64,000 bases of DNA from Orbicella franksi (Eukaryota), in NCBI GenBank assembly GCA_964199315.1, contig OZ116703.1:31248001-31312000 (forward strand). Direction: 5' to 3'. Positions 13,436-26,700 of this stretch are shown piece after piece. Position 1 is the stretch's first letter, and each line of letters opens with the position of its first letter. Both the position numbers and the translations under genes were made by a program. A model generated the notes under the pieces. The model was not told the origin of the DNA and did no database searches. It saw only the letters and a program-made list of their open reading frames with translations.

Positions 13436-16400
13436 TCCTGAAAACTGAATTTTAAAACGACAACGCAAGATAATCACAATTTGTTACACAGCGGGGCAAA
13501 CGTTCAGTTTCGTGCCATTTCGTGTCAAGTTTTGTTGTCTTTTGTGGGAGTGCAAACCGTTACTGGCGTGTGTGTTTTATGGAGACGATGAGCTCTTAGG
13601 GTTAGTAAGTGTCGGCTGACAACAAGGCTCTTCAGAATTTTGTAAATTGCCGAACACGCAATTAATAGACCCAGTTATGTCCTTATTGATCAGTTACACT
13701 TATTTGATTACTTGCATAAATTAAACCGTCGTATATGTTGCACATCAGTTAACTTTGTTACTTGGAATATAGAAGGATAAAGCCCCGTATGGAAAGCACA
13801 AGCAATCGATGTGTAAAGGTCGTAAGTTTTCTTATTTTCAAGTCAAGTTTTTTTGTTCCCAAAGCCATACGTAAGCCTACAGCAAAATGCGAAACGCTGT
13901 GCAGTTATCATATGCAATCAAGAACGTTCGCAACGTCGAGAAGAAAATAGACCATGCTTTACGGTTCTTTTTTAAGTGCAGAAAATGGATGCCTAGAAAA
14001 CATCTTGTAATTGTTCTGAGCGACTTTCGTTGACCCTAGGTTTGATCCTCTTTATAAAAAGGAATTATGATCGATGTGATAAGACTTCGTTTCTAGGTAT
14101 CTGAATTTTCTCCATATTTATTCCTGACAACAATCTTAGAAAAGCTAGGCCGGATTCAATGTGAAACGAATTTTATTTATGTTATGCACACTGGTACGTG
14201 GCTGTCCCCTTTTTTCGCCTAGTTTCTCAGTCGCGCGGTACCGCCGAATTGCAAGAACCCAAAACAGAAAAGGATTTACCACGCACAATACAGCTCGAGG
14301 ATAAGGCAGATTTAATTTGTACAAAAATTGTACAACGGACATAATGAAGCATGCTTCCTTTAAGCCCTTTTGTCATATTGAAAGGGATGTCTTCTCCGTG
14401 TATTTAGAAACACAACAGAGGGTACGTTTTACGAGGCCTCGGAAGGCAAGTGACATGAGATGCACTGCGTGATGGAGAAAGTTGGTGTCATTTATCGCAC
14501 TGGGTAATAGCGTTTTAAAACGGAGAGTCGAATAAAGTCGACCGAAATACAATCTTCTAAGAGTCACAGAAATAATTCAACAGAAAGAATGTGGTGTTGG
14601 TGATTTTAAGAGTTGTAGATAATAGATTCATTTACAAGATTTACATCAGGAACATTTCGTCACGGTGAAGTTGGTCCGAGGTCGATGGCTTACAAACAAG
14701 TCGCGGCTGCGAACACTCTGAAACTCAGGAATATTTTTCTTGAACTAGAGTATAAGTTTACGCAATTAGCACACTAACCTTCGAGCTACAAGCGATGCAG
14801 AGCTTCAGCATCTTGCCTCCTATCCCCGAAACAAGCCAAAACTTGTTTTGAAGCGAAGACGAGCGGCGAACGATTTTACGTAAACTACGTAAACACCGCT
14901 CGAAGACAGCTCGATCAGAGTTCGTTATTATTTGAGCGCCTTTTTGGCGTAATTCCAGAAATTGTTTTAATTAGGATTACAATGCGGTTTATTGTTTCGA
15001 CCGACAACTGTGCATTCGGAAAATATGTAAATTGCGTCGTACTTTTTTCGATTTTTTTCCCATGAATAATTTGCGACATATTTATGATTTTACAGTAAAA
15101 ATATAAAATGTGCTATTTGAAGACATCGTGGTCTCCCTTTAATTGTTTTAGCATGATTTCTATTCCTTGTTTTAAGCGCATGTTTTTGTAACCAAAATAA
15201 TCGTCCTCGTTGAAAACCCACTGCGTCACTTGTAAACTATAAATATGCATGACTCGCCCACACACTCCTGGCCGGTCAATCTTTTCGATCGTGCAGAGAA
15301 AGCTACTGTGCGGGGAATTGAGAGAGCCAAGTATCGTTTTAGTCCGCGGGGTCTAGTAGAGTTTTAGATACCTGAGCTACGAGGAGTTCGATGGAGGGGT
15401 GCTCGGCTGTGAAACTTAGCCGAAATTATGGGTGCTAATGGTCCTTCAAAAACCATGATTCTCGCAAAATTTTCGTTGAATTTCACGGGTCTCGCAGTCT
15501 CGTTTTTCAGCGGTTATGAGTGTCTCGCAGTCTTGATTTTACACAAAACTGTCTTTCAGTCTAGAGTTTTTCTCAAAGCTTAGAAAGTCTCAAAGTGTCG
15601 ATTTGTTTGCTTGCGTTTGTAACGTCTAAGAACCTGAAAGACTCGAGCTAGCATAAATCAAAACACTGTGAGATAATTTGTAATTTAGATTGAGGGCCAG
15701 TGGTTTATCAGTTTTTACTGTCATATGCTACCCTCGAAAAGTGAAGTTGTTACATTACTTGCTCACTTACGATGAAGCCGCGAAGAAGTCTAAATGTTTC
15801 GGGCTCGCAAATAAAAACGCGTAATCCACCCCCTCCCTCTTGGCAAAGTCTCGCATTTACCATTCGTCACAAACTAGTTGTGGTGAAGAAAAATAAATCA
15901 GATGAATTAAACAGGCCAACGAACGAGGAAACAGAAGAGAGGAGACAGGTGTCTTCACTGATCGACCAGCGGGGTTTTCTATTTGTCCTATCCCCCAACA
16001 AGGACACAACTTTCACCGTGCTCCATTGAGAGCCACATGAAGCTATCGGAGCCTAGTAAAAAACATTTAAAGTTTAATTCCCAGGAGCTGATTGTATAAT
16101 TGTCTTGCTTGAATAATACTCTGCACGAGGAAAAAATCCACATAGAGCCATCTAGAACTACAGAGTAATCTCTGTGAATCTAGTATCCTGCGTAAGCGTA
16201 GCGGTTCCCTTCCAGGCCAGTGCGAGGCGCTCGAACAAAACGACTTTGGAAAATATGCAGAGGTTCGCAGCGCGAAAGGGAACAAAAACTCTTTACCTAC
16301 ATCCCAAGGTTTCGTTCTCCTCTCGCAAACTTGGAAAAGAAACGCCGGCTTCGCAAGCTGCGAATACAGAAAATCAGAGTTTTCGTTTTTTATCTGGCGA

Positions 16401-18951
16401 ATGTTGAACCGTCTGTGGTATTTTCGATCACAAACCTAATGTTTATGTATTTCGTTTATTTTACTCCTTGTTATTTTTGGCACGGCTATGTTCGACTTCT
16501 ACCGATTCAATTCCCCGACAGATCCCCAGAAAGAAAACAAACGATCTTAATTTTGACACAAAAAGAAGATTGTTGAGAAAGTAACAGTCAAAACCAAGGA
16601 ACGATTAAAAGAATTTAAAACCTCTCTGTCATCCTCATGGGGAAATACAAAGCATGGGAGGGTGGGAAAGCAAAGGAGCTGTCAGCAGCTACTTTAAGAA
16701 CTTTAAAAATGAGTTCTCATAGTCATAACAAAATTGGCTTTATTTATCCAACTTCAGTCTGGGAATAGGCTCCCTAGTCAAAGATGGGGTGAAAGGAGAG
16801 TGGGAAGAAAGATGAGAGAAGAGAGAGGAGGGGAGATCGAGGAGGTCCAATCCCCCACTCGGCCACTTTACTCTCAGCCAGTTCCTTCTTGGCCCTCCCA
16901 GCCGTGGTCAGACCTCGGGGGTCAGACCCTTCGAGCCGGAGCCTGTTCATAGGCTAAGCCAACTCACAGGATTCAACATTATGTCCCGACAACTTTAACA
17001 ATTCACCCATCAAACCAATCTATTCTATGGGTTTGTCTCAAATGCCACTTTCGCCCAAGTTCGTCCAGAAGAATTATGCGTCTCTAGAATAAAAACGGCT
17101 TTTTACGCTAGAGATCTAGGAAATCATTTTCACGAAATTGGAAGCCCCGAGACTAATAGGTTACAAAAAAGGAACTGAAAACGTATTTATACCCATTAGC
17201 TTATACCAGCAGAGGACGCTTTTGATTCGACCAAAATTCCGGTTTCGATTTTCAGAAATTTCCAGCGACGAGTGAGCATCTTATTCCGGAATTTCTGTAA
17301 AAGACGCATAAAAGACGGATAAAATATAGTTATTTTTGGACTGGACCGCAATAATAACGGACGAAGATAAAATCTAGGTTTCGTAATTTTTAATAACAAA
17401 CCTTGAAATTACTCTAGAAAAATTAGATTCGAGAATGGACAAAAGAAAGGCACTATAATTTTTGCCTTACAGGAAAACATTAACAGCTACATGTACAGGA
17501 AGCTAAGATGAATTCTCGCAAAAGGCAGGGGTTTATAAAACTTTTTAATTTGTGATTTTAGGAATTAAGGAGAGTTAAAAGAATTGCATAAGAGACGTTT
17601 TTCTCGGATCCTCAAGATCTAAAGTTCTATGTATGTAACATTGAATTGTCTCTACGGTAAGTTAGTGAAAGTAGATACATCGTATAAAATTCAGCCCGAA
17701 TACATAACTCAAACTCATTGGTCACTGTTATCTATCCATGTCTCCACGTAGTTTTTTACGATAGTAAACAACTGCTTTATCGATGGCCATGACTTACTCA
17801 AATAACATCACTTTGATATCGCGACGGAAAACCGACAATATGCTAGCAACAAAGAGCTATATAAAACAAATAAATGTTCTTCACGTGGTTGATAGCATAA
17901 GTAGATAACTGTCAGCTGGCAGTGAGACAAAAGCTGTATGCTAATAAAATCTTCCAAAACGTGTTTTAAAGTCGGAAGTGAATCCTGAAAGTGAGTTAAT
18001 TGCCACGGTAGTCACCAATTATATCTTTAAACCAGCCTTGCCTTTTTGTTCTTCATTGTCTGATGAACAATACACAACGATTTGGGTGGCCACTAATTGC
18101 CACAAGTAGTGCAAACTAAAACACTGTCTAGAGTTGCCAGAAACTTGCAATTTTGATCAATTTTCTACACTTGAAGGGCGAATTGTCAGCAAAAGCAAAT
18201 GTCGAATGAACAAGTCTTTTGTAATAATGTTAAACCTCTTGTGTCATCTTCTGTCAGATCAGCTTAAACTTATTTACTTATTGCCTTTTTCACATGCAAA
18301 TTTCTGTTTACGATCGATCTTAGGCGCTAATGAACGCGCGAGGGAAAAAAAAAAAAGATTACGTTATACAATTTTAATTGTGTGTCCTAAATTGGCAATA
18401 TCAACATGGTAAAATTCTGGCGATTGCTAGTTTTCGCTACGATCCGTGACGGCTAATGGCCCAAGTGAAGAGCGACGACGCAGTGATCTCGGCCCTGTTA
18501 TGTCGAATTTTTGTAGTTTTAAGACTTATTGAAATAAATTCGTGGCATTGTACGTTTGTACAAACAGAGAGATGTTTTGATACGGAGAATTTGGCAACTG
18601 AAGTAATTCGTGAAAGCTTAGTAAAAACACGTCGACTACACAACCTATTTTATTAAGCAAAAATCATGGTGATTTTCTTGTTTAAGTTCATGATCCCAGT
18701 CTATATATATCTAGTTAAGCACTGTTTGATGAAATACCAAAAATATTCCAGCCCTAATCTACGGGTGAAGTTAATATAGATCGAATGCATGTACAAGCCT
18801 GCTGAGTAAAGGCTTCTTGCTCAGTGAACAATGTACTTGTATTGTCACCTTCCTTTTGTTAAACTGCGTGTAATTTAGATGGCTATACGCGCATTTCTTC
18901 TTACAACATCTTGACGCCAGCTTGAAAAAGCGAATGCTAGAACTGACTTTG

Positions 18952-19710
18952 TCATTTTAATTGTAGAAGTTTAAAACCACTAACAGCATCGTCCATGTTT
19001 TGGTCTCCTTCTAAAAGTTTAATCACCTCCTCAAACTGAGGGCTGCGTTTCACATTCGCACAAAGCGAAAACTTCGTAGAGTCATCGGTAATCGTCGGCA
19101 AAATTGTGTTTCTCCGTCTTTGTTTTCCTTTATTACCACGCCACTTCATTGCCAAACTCCTCGCTTTTACAATGGTTGAAATAGAGTAGGTTTCTTTGGT
19201 ATCTAGCGGCACGGACAGAGATTGCCTCCTTGAAGAATTACCCCGTAGCTTTTCTGGCGTCTCACTTTGACGTCTTTTAGCTGTTATCGTTGTCCCATCC
19301 TTTAACGTTTCCAATGTTTTCCCAGTTGTCTTAGTTACTGGTTGGTCTTTAGAAGGCAAGCCAATCCTCCCCTTTGCTTTTGACTGATAAATACCCCATC
19401 TTCCGTTTTGTTGTGAAAAGTCTGACGGAAATTTTACTTTCCTGGAAGATTCACTTAAGGTTGAGCCCTCGCGATTCCACTTTGACCACGAAGGATGTTG
19501 CACTGATGGTGAAGAAATCTCTGGAGTCTTACTTCGAGTATTTCTTTCTCGTAATCTAGACGTCTCCTTTTCAATTCCTGTCAAGGTCATTCTAGTCGTC
19601 CCACTTTGCAGACGCTTTGTAGCTTTTTCACGTGTAATGGCTGGCGCCATGTTATGCTTCCGTAATTCCACAACTGGATCAGTCTGGGTGGATATACGAT
19701 TGTACGGCAT
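18952..19710 (-). CDS. Orphan basic, Ser/Thr/Lys/Arg-rich protein (252 aa), single coding exon
   Basis: 759-nt ORF in AT-rich DNA, gccATG context, upstream acceptor ttgtag at 19730; no family recognised. Confidence 0.6.
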   Translation of the reverse strand: MPYNRISTQTDPVVELRKHNMAPAITREKATKRLQSGTTRMTLTGIEKETSRLRERNTRSKTPEISSPSVQHPSWSKWNREGSTLSESSRKVKFPSDFSQQNGRWGIYQSKAKGRIGLPSKDQPVTKTTGKTLETLKDGTTITAKRRQSETPEKLRGNSSRRQSLSVPLDTKETYSISTIVKARSLAMKWRGNKGKQRRRNTILPTITDDSTKFSLCANVKRSPQFEEVIKLLEGDQNMDDAVSGFKLLQLK

Positions 19711-20789
19711 GGCGTCGACGAGCTTACATCTACAAGCTTACTTCATGTTTCCAGGGACTAAGCCACTAATTTCGTTCGTACAGCAATAAGTTCGTTTCCT
19801 TTGTGTCCATTCTGCAACGATAGAATGAATACGTTATTTTCTCATTAAGACTAATGCCAAATTAAAATCGCCTTTTCTGTTCACGAACCAGCAATTGTCT
19901 TTCACATTGTCAGTGGGCTTACGTCAAATTTTCTTTCCTTTCAGGGAAAACAAAGTGTTTTCATTTGACAAGAGGATGCTAATTTCCTAGTTCAACAATG
20001 GTTTTAATGTCAGCTTAACCACTGTATTCGCTTCAGATGTATCTTGTATGTTTACCTTTCCCAGCGAGGGGGAGGAGATAAACTTTCAAATGTGTACATG
20101 TCAAGCAATGTGTTGTGACTTACAAGACACAGTTCCAAAACAAACTGAAAGTAAAGTCAGTGAGTATTTGCACAGTAAAAGAAACTGTGGCTTGTTAACG
20201 AGGCTTAAGTCTTTTCATCGGAAAAGACAAAATTACAGAGCACCTGCATGTCAGATATTGTAAAAGTACATTTGTACGCGTCAAAAATGAACAGTACCAA
20301 GAGCACTGAAATATATAGATTTGTGATTCGGTAATTAGTGAAGGTTATATTAGTTTCGCCGTTGCCATTCATTTAAATATGGAGCTATTTTGGACCCTTT
20401 TTCCCTGGCGGGATTTTCGTCGATTATTAGCAACGTGTCATATTTTGAGGAACTCATTGCCCTTCGAGCAACGTTTTTGCTTGCGCATGCTTAGCAACTT
20501 CGATATCCATTCTGCGAAGTCGATCGGAACTGCTTTGAGTTGTTAAATTGGTTTTAAGGTAGAACCCCACGAATACAACCACCTTGGGGCCTTAAAATTG
20601 TGGTCATGCATATTGAAGGGGAGGACATTTTAAAACGAGCTTAAAATGGGAAAATAACCGACAAGGAAATCACCAGCTAAGAGAGGAAAAAGAGTGACCG
20701 GAATAACGAGGTGGCCGTCGGTGTAGCCGTGAGACAAGGTGGAATTTAAATGTATTTACAATATTCAGAGAGGAAGCTACATCAGCCTC

Positions 20790-20950
20790 AGGTGATTTTG
20801 ATTTTTGTGGAGGGAGGAAAACCGGAGAACCCCGCAGAAAACCCACGGCGAAAGGCGAGAACCAACAACAAACTCAACCCACATATGGCACAGGGCCGGA
20901 ATCGTGACTGGGCCAAGCGAGTGCTCTCACCACTGCGCCATCCCTGCTCC
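20790..20950 (-). mobile_element. Second tRNA-derived SINE family (V-SINE-like core), partial
   Basis: Minus strand GGATGGCGCAGTGGTGAGAGCACTCGC head followed by GGGTTCTCCGGTTTTCCTCCCTCCAC. Confidence 0.55.
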
Positions 20951-23596
20951 ACAAACTTTCATGTTTGGCAATGATTATAGTTATTACAATAATGTCTGAT
21001 GATTATACATACATACTTTGGTAGTCTTCAGCATATAGGTTTCACTTGGTGTTGGAGCAGTTTTGTTGCCATGGCGGGTTCCTGTTACCGACGTGTTCTA
21101 GGCGGGTCAGCGGCCTTTTTCAAGAAAACTCAAAATGGCTGACTGCTACATCCTTGATTGACGGTGATTTACGCTAGAAGTACTCAGGCCCCCCTCCGCA
21201 GATACCTCGCAGCCGATCTCACGTAGTGGTAGGAGAGAAGCAAGAGGAAGCTGCCATTTTAAAAAATGCAATTAAAAGTGCGTATATGCTGGTCTCCATT
21301 AAGAGCTAAGCTATTTTACTTACCAACTCGAGCCGTGTGGTAAATTGCACGGAAATGTTTTGAAATTCTACTTTCATAGGGAAATTAGTAAAGAGCGTGG
21401 CTTTCAATTCCTAAATAAAAAGCAACGTCATGGAGTTTGTGAGGACTTTCAACTTATTCAGATATGCCGAACATCTGGTTGACTACCTTGTTGGCAGTGT
21501 ATTATGCGTCCCCCCCCCCCCACCCCCTCAAAAGGTATCGTAAATAAGTAGACCTTCCTTTTCCAGGAGGGAGAGAGTCTTATAGATATGGAGCTTTTCG
21601 GAAAACCGCAGATTTGAGACAATTCGACTCCTTCTTTGAAAAGAATATGAGCGACGAATTCCACCCAAATGCGCGAAACGGAGAATTAATAGACTTTGAG
21701 AAGGTCCAATACGACAGGGAAGAAATAACGCAAGGAAAAAAAAAACCATTATTTAGGATCTGTCACATCTTGCAGAACACGACCGCATCTAACAACTCTT
21801 CAGTTTGCGTCGCGTTCTGAGAACGTTCAAATTTGTTTAAATACCCTCCTAAGGTTTAAATACCTTCCTAAGATTTTTTTTGCGCTTTGTTTTTCCTTTA
21901 AGCCTTGGGGTCTGCGTTAGAAACCTCATCCCTTGCATCTTGGCTAATTTACGTGGTAAAACTTAACAGCTCCAGAACATTTTAAATTGCCTTATTACGA
22001 GTATTTACCTCATCTGGAGACGTGTTTACAGCTATATTTCGACTGCTCCACTTCGTTGCATCCTGTGTGAAGCCTAAAGCAAGTTTCACTAGTTAAAAAT
22101 ATGTTACACGCGGCTATTCCACACAAATTTCGTTGATGTAGTCTTGTGATTTTACTCCTTTGAACATGTAAGAAACAGATTAATTCAGATTTAAGATTTT
22201 GGTCTACCGCAATAGTCAATTGCTAACATCAATTTTTCATTCATGCACGTAGGAAATTGGATCAATTTGTATCTAAAATAAACGGGTTGTTCGTGTTTTG
22301 TCAATGCTTGGAGATGAATGCGACTAATTAATTCACCCAGAGAGAATACATTTTACTCGATGGAAACATGTTAAATTAACTTAATATCCTTTTGTTACAC
22401 ATTTTTCGTAGCAAGCTGCTTTTGGAGTGAGCCACAACTTGATTTTTGATATTCTAATATGTTTCATTATTTTAAAACTAATAAATAAGACGCGATGCTG
22501 AGAAATGGTGGCCAGGCAAATAGGGGTATTGGTTGTTGTTGTTGTTTGTTTGTTTGTTTGTTTTTTTTTGGGGGGGGGGAGGATGACGTAAGAACTTCCT
22601 ACTTCCCTGCTACTGGCTGCCTCATTCCACCCGTTACTCGCCACCTTAGCAATCCTCCTCTCCCCACCCCCCTCTTCTGCCACCTCTCGTGGAGTTCCCG
22701 CTCCCTTACACTGGGTTTCCGTTCCCCTTTCTTTCGAATATGATTCATAGGAAAGGACTTTGGGGTGGGGGAAAGTGGATACATGAAAATTAAACCGGTC
22801 CGAGCATCGCACCAGGAAATAAATTAATATGAGTCGCAACAATCACAGTTTGTGTTGATAATTTATTAAAAACAATTGCTCGTCAGTATACAAGTCGATA
22901 AGTACTATGGATAAGCAAAACCACTCTGCCTGTACTGCGCTTCTTGTTATCCTTTAGATTAGTATAAAAATACTCTGCGCGTGCCTTGCAATTAATGGCT
23001 GCACGCCTTGGATTTGATACAAAATACTTGCTTAAATTTTCTTCACACTCTTACGTGACTTGCACGTGCAGATATAAATAGCATAAATACATGCAGATAA
23101 ATAAAATACATAACACTCCTGATAAGTAAAATTGGCTATTCTTGTTGGATTTAACAAGTTCTGTTTCCTTCGCGTCTAACTTAAATCAAATTGACGGTAT
23201 TAAAATGCGTTGGGTCTTTTCACGTGATCTACACGTCTGAGATTGGTTCATTATCACGTGACTTAGCCGTATCTATTGCAGAACAGAAACATGATATATA
23301 CAACATATCAAGCTTTCACAAATTCAGCTTTTTTAAAAGAATTGTAATGCCACAAGAGCGCAGTATGCTACCAGTGAAGATCAGAAAAGAACATTTTAAA
23401 GAAATCAGTAGAAAATTGGAAGATTTATAACAAAAATATCATTGTCTTGGATATGGAAAAAAATAGTTACAACTAATATTTTCCTTGCTTTAAATTCAGG
23501 CCGACCTGCAGACCTGTCCGCTTTTTTGGTTTTTCTTACGACTATAATTGCTTCACCACACCGCTTCTAACAGTTCTACGTTATCACAGAGACAGT

Positions 23597-23790
23597 TTAG
23601 TACTTTTTTTCTCTGGACACTCTTCTTGTTCGTACACGTTCCATGGCTTTCGCTTTGCTTTTGCTGCAAAACTTGCTGTGTTCCTCCTCATCTTGATGGC
23701 GACAATCTTCCCCACAGTACCCCTGCACGTTACATCTTTGGCACCAGTCATTCGCCACTTTGCCGCAAAAACAGAAATACTCGCATTTTT
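23597..23790 (-). CDS. Terminal exon: MYND-type zinc finger and basic C-terminus
   Basis: Acceptor acaccag phase 1; CFC-x7-CQRC-x4-YC-x3-C-x7-H-x3-C, then [13 protein letters not shown]. Not in the ORF track. Confidence 0.8.
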
Positions 23791-26700
23791 CTGGTGTAGT
23801 GAAATGAAAGACAGAGTTACTTCAAACCTAACATTACATCAAATCCTGTTTATAATTAGCCTATGGCTTCTCGTGTTATTAGTATTTCAATTGGACTTTT
23901 CCATAGTATAAGCCTTCAATTTCAAATTGATTTATCGACACTTCAAGTGAGTCCAGTGAGTCTCTACTTAATAAACTTCATAATAAATAACTGGATCATT
24001 GGATAATACAATTCAAGAGTTTTCATTGGCTTAACCATCATGGTAAATTTAACAGTTATAACATGCTCTACAAATATGGTAAACGTACGCGAAATTGTTT
24101 TTCGGCGTTTTTGTTTTTATTTTAGTTTAGCTTTCTATATTTTGGGGGCGTTTTTAATAAAGCAATTATTCTACTCGCGCTTACTGAATATGAGATGATT
24201 ATAGTCAACTCGCGCCTCGTTAACTATCTACCATCTCATATCCAACTCGTGTCTGTGGAATAATTGTTAATTAGATAACGATTATCCCTATTCAAAGAAC
24301 CTCGTTAAGTAACAAATAACCCTCACTTACGAAACCGACAATTTCTTGTAGTTAAGAGAGGATGAAGAGAGTTAGTACCCCATACAGGTCTTTTTGCTTA
24401 GGTAATCCCTTTTCAGTTATTTTTTAGATATTTTCCCCTGGTCTCCCGCGGATAACAGTACCACGCGTGTTGTGTGGATGTTTCCAGGGAAGAAGCAAAC
24501 GCGTGTGAGTCATTTGAGCTGTCCACGTGAGCAAAATGCGTGCCACAGGATCAGTTATTTCTCGACCCTCCTGGGTTTTTCAAAACGGAAATGAGGATCA
24601 CCTTGGGAATAAGGCGTACAAGGGGGGTAAATCTTTTACTTTTCACTCTACCCTTCATCTGAATGTTGCTCACAACAAATGTAAGTAGCTGTTCATTTTT
24701 GTAAGCGCATATTGAGTAATTAAGACACATGAATGGCTCACCTGCTCCATGGAACACTTTGACATAGATAGTCTTCTTGTAAACCCCGGAGACAATCAGT
24801 TGATATTCTGTTCGAGGGTCAATAATTTTAAACTTGCGCGATATAAACAGATATCTTGCTGAGCCCAGGTATCCAGGCAACGAGCGGTTGATGTCCTGCC
24901 GCAATTCGTTTAAGGTTCCGGATGGGTTGACCTTGACAACCCCTGCCATATGGGCGACGACCCCCAGCTCTGCATTGGGGCGAATAACCTTCACTTGCAT
25001 CTTTTGTTGCTTAGTCGAATCTTTGGGATAAAAGAGAAAAATAATTAAAAAAATCTTTATTGGGCTATGTAGTAAAGCCTGCGTACGAGCCTAGTAGCCT
25101 ATCAGGCCGGCGCCTACCTCCGGTTTCCTTGACATGAAGCGACCAGAAGTATTTCTACTCCCCCCTGGATGCGATGCTGGTCCATCGCGGGGTTATCCCA
25201 GCATTGAAGGGGTTATCCCCAGCATCCGGATTATTTTACCATTAGACATGATTAAGAAATTACTATCTCCACGGGTATTTGTAAGATAATTATCTTGATA
25301 ACGTTATTTAGAAATGATTTTACCCCTGGGGTATGAAGTGATGACGTTAACCCTCGGATGTGATTAAAGACTCACTTTACCCTTAGGTATTGATGAAGTT
25401 GTAATTTTACCTCTTGGATGTTTGATTTAGGAACGATTACGCTTCTCGGATAAGATAAAATTACGACTAGACTGCTTTTTTCTGTTTAAGGAATAGCTTT
25501 AACTTCTTGGCATGCGGTAGAAACATTCGTCTCAAAGGGAAGTACCTGTGAACAGCAAAACGCCAGGCATGTTTTGCATCTGATCAACGTCAAAAGATGA
25601 CGCCCTTCGACGCAACACAGCTTCTTCTCTTAGACTCGCGACTTCATCATAATCATCAAATCCATCTCGCAACATTTCAGTGTCCTCAGATGATTCGGCT
25701 GCGGAGTGGAGACGAGTTTGAGAGCCAGCCGCTGAAATAACAACTTTAGGAGTGCCCAAACGGGTCGTCGAGTCGTCGCCAGGATCACTCGGTTGTAAAC
25801 TGCCGGAAGAACTGGCGACTGGTGTCTGATTTCTGCTCGTGTTCGCCGAGGGATTCGGTGTGGTCCGTTTGGATGACGTGACGGGAAATGCAAGGACCGG
25901 CTTCGGTAGATCAGCTGAGTCTCTCTTCGAACGCTCTTGATTCTGTGAACAGAATGTCAGAAAAGTTGTAGCTAACTATTGAAAAACAAGTTTGATGGCA
26001 ACAGTCGTCAAACTGAAAACTGGAAATGAATGTAGCAGCCACTGCGTCCAGCGAAAAAACACACGGGCAAAAGGAGTCCCGAAATGTCTGCTCGTCAAAT
26101 TAATTGACTTGGAACTTTTTGTTATCCTGCGGAATTGCGCGGAAAATCTCCTAATACTGAAGTGCTTATTAACAATGCTGATATGCGATCTGCAGGTAAT
26201 CAAAATGGTAAAAAAGGGCAGTGCTGTTTTCTACTGAATGTTGTAGACCTAAAACCAAATCACAAAGGATACAGACTACCCGCTGAACTAATTAAAACGT
26301 AAAGCAAATACATGTAGCCGACAAAAAGCGCGAGAAAACGTGTACGAGTGAGCCACAATTGGTTTTGGTTTTACTTGTAATTGGATAACAAAGTGGCGCG
26401 AGTTCTTTTTAAGCCAATCGCTTTACGTGATAATGCAAAGCCAGAGCAAATGCCGATTACTTTCGACACTTAGAGAAAACCACTCTAAAAATTTTAACAG
26501 CTGCGACATTTGCTCTACCAAGTCACCAGTGTGTATCCTAATTTAACTTGGCATCATTAAAACGCAGTGTTACCTCAAACGCCGGTAGCTGTTCCTCTCT
26601 CTCTTCAAATGCTGGTTCCACGATTTCTGTAAACGCCAACGGAGTTGCATACCTTAATTGGCTTAGACTTCTTTGCGAGCCAGTAGAACTCTGAACGGAC

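Noticed and set aside
24551-25759. Separate small genes for ORFs 24551..25000 and 25532..25759
   Set aside because: Both are bounded by acceptors whose phases chain to the giant gene upstream and the MYND exon downstream, and no independent first exon was seen.
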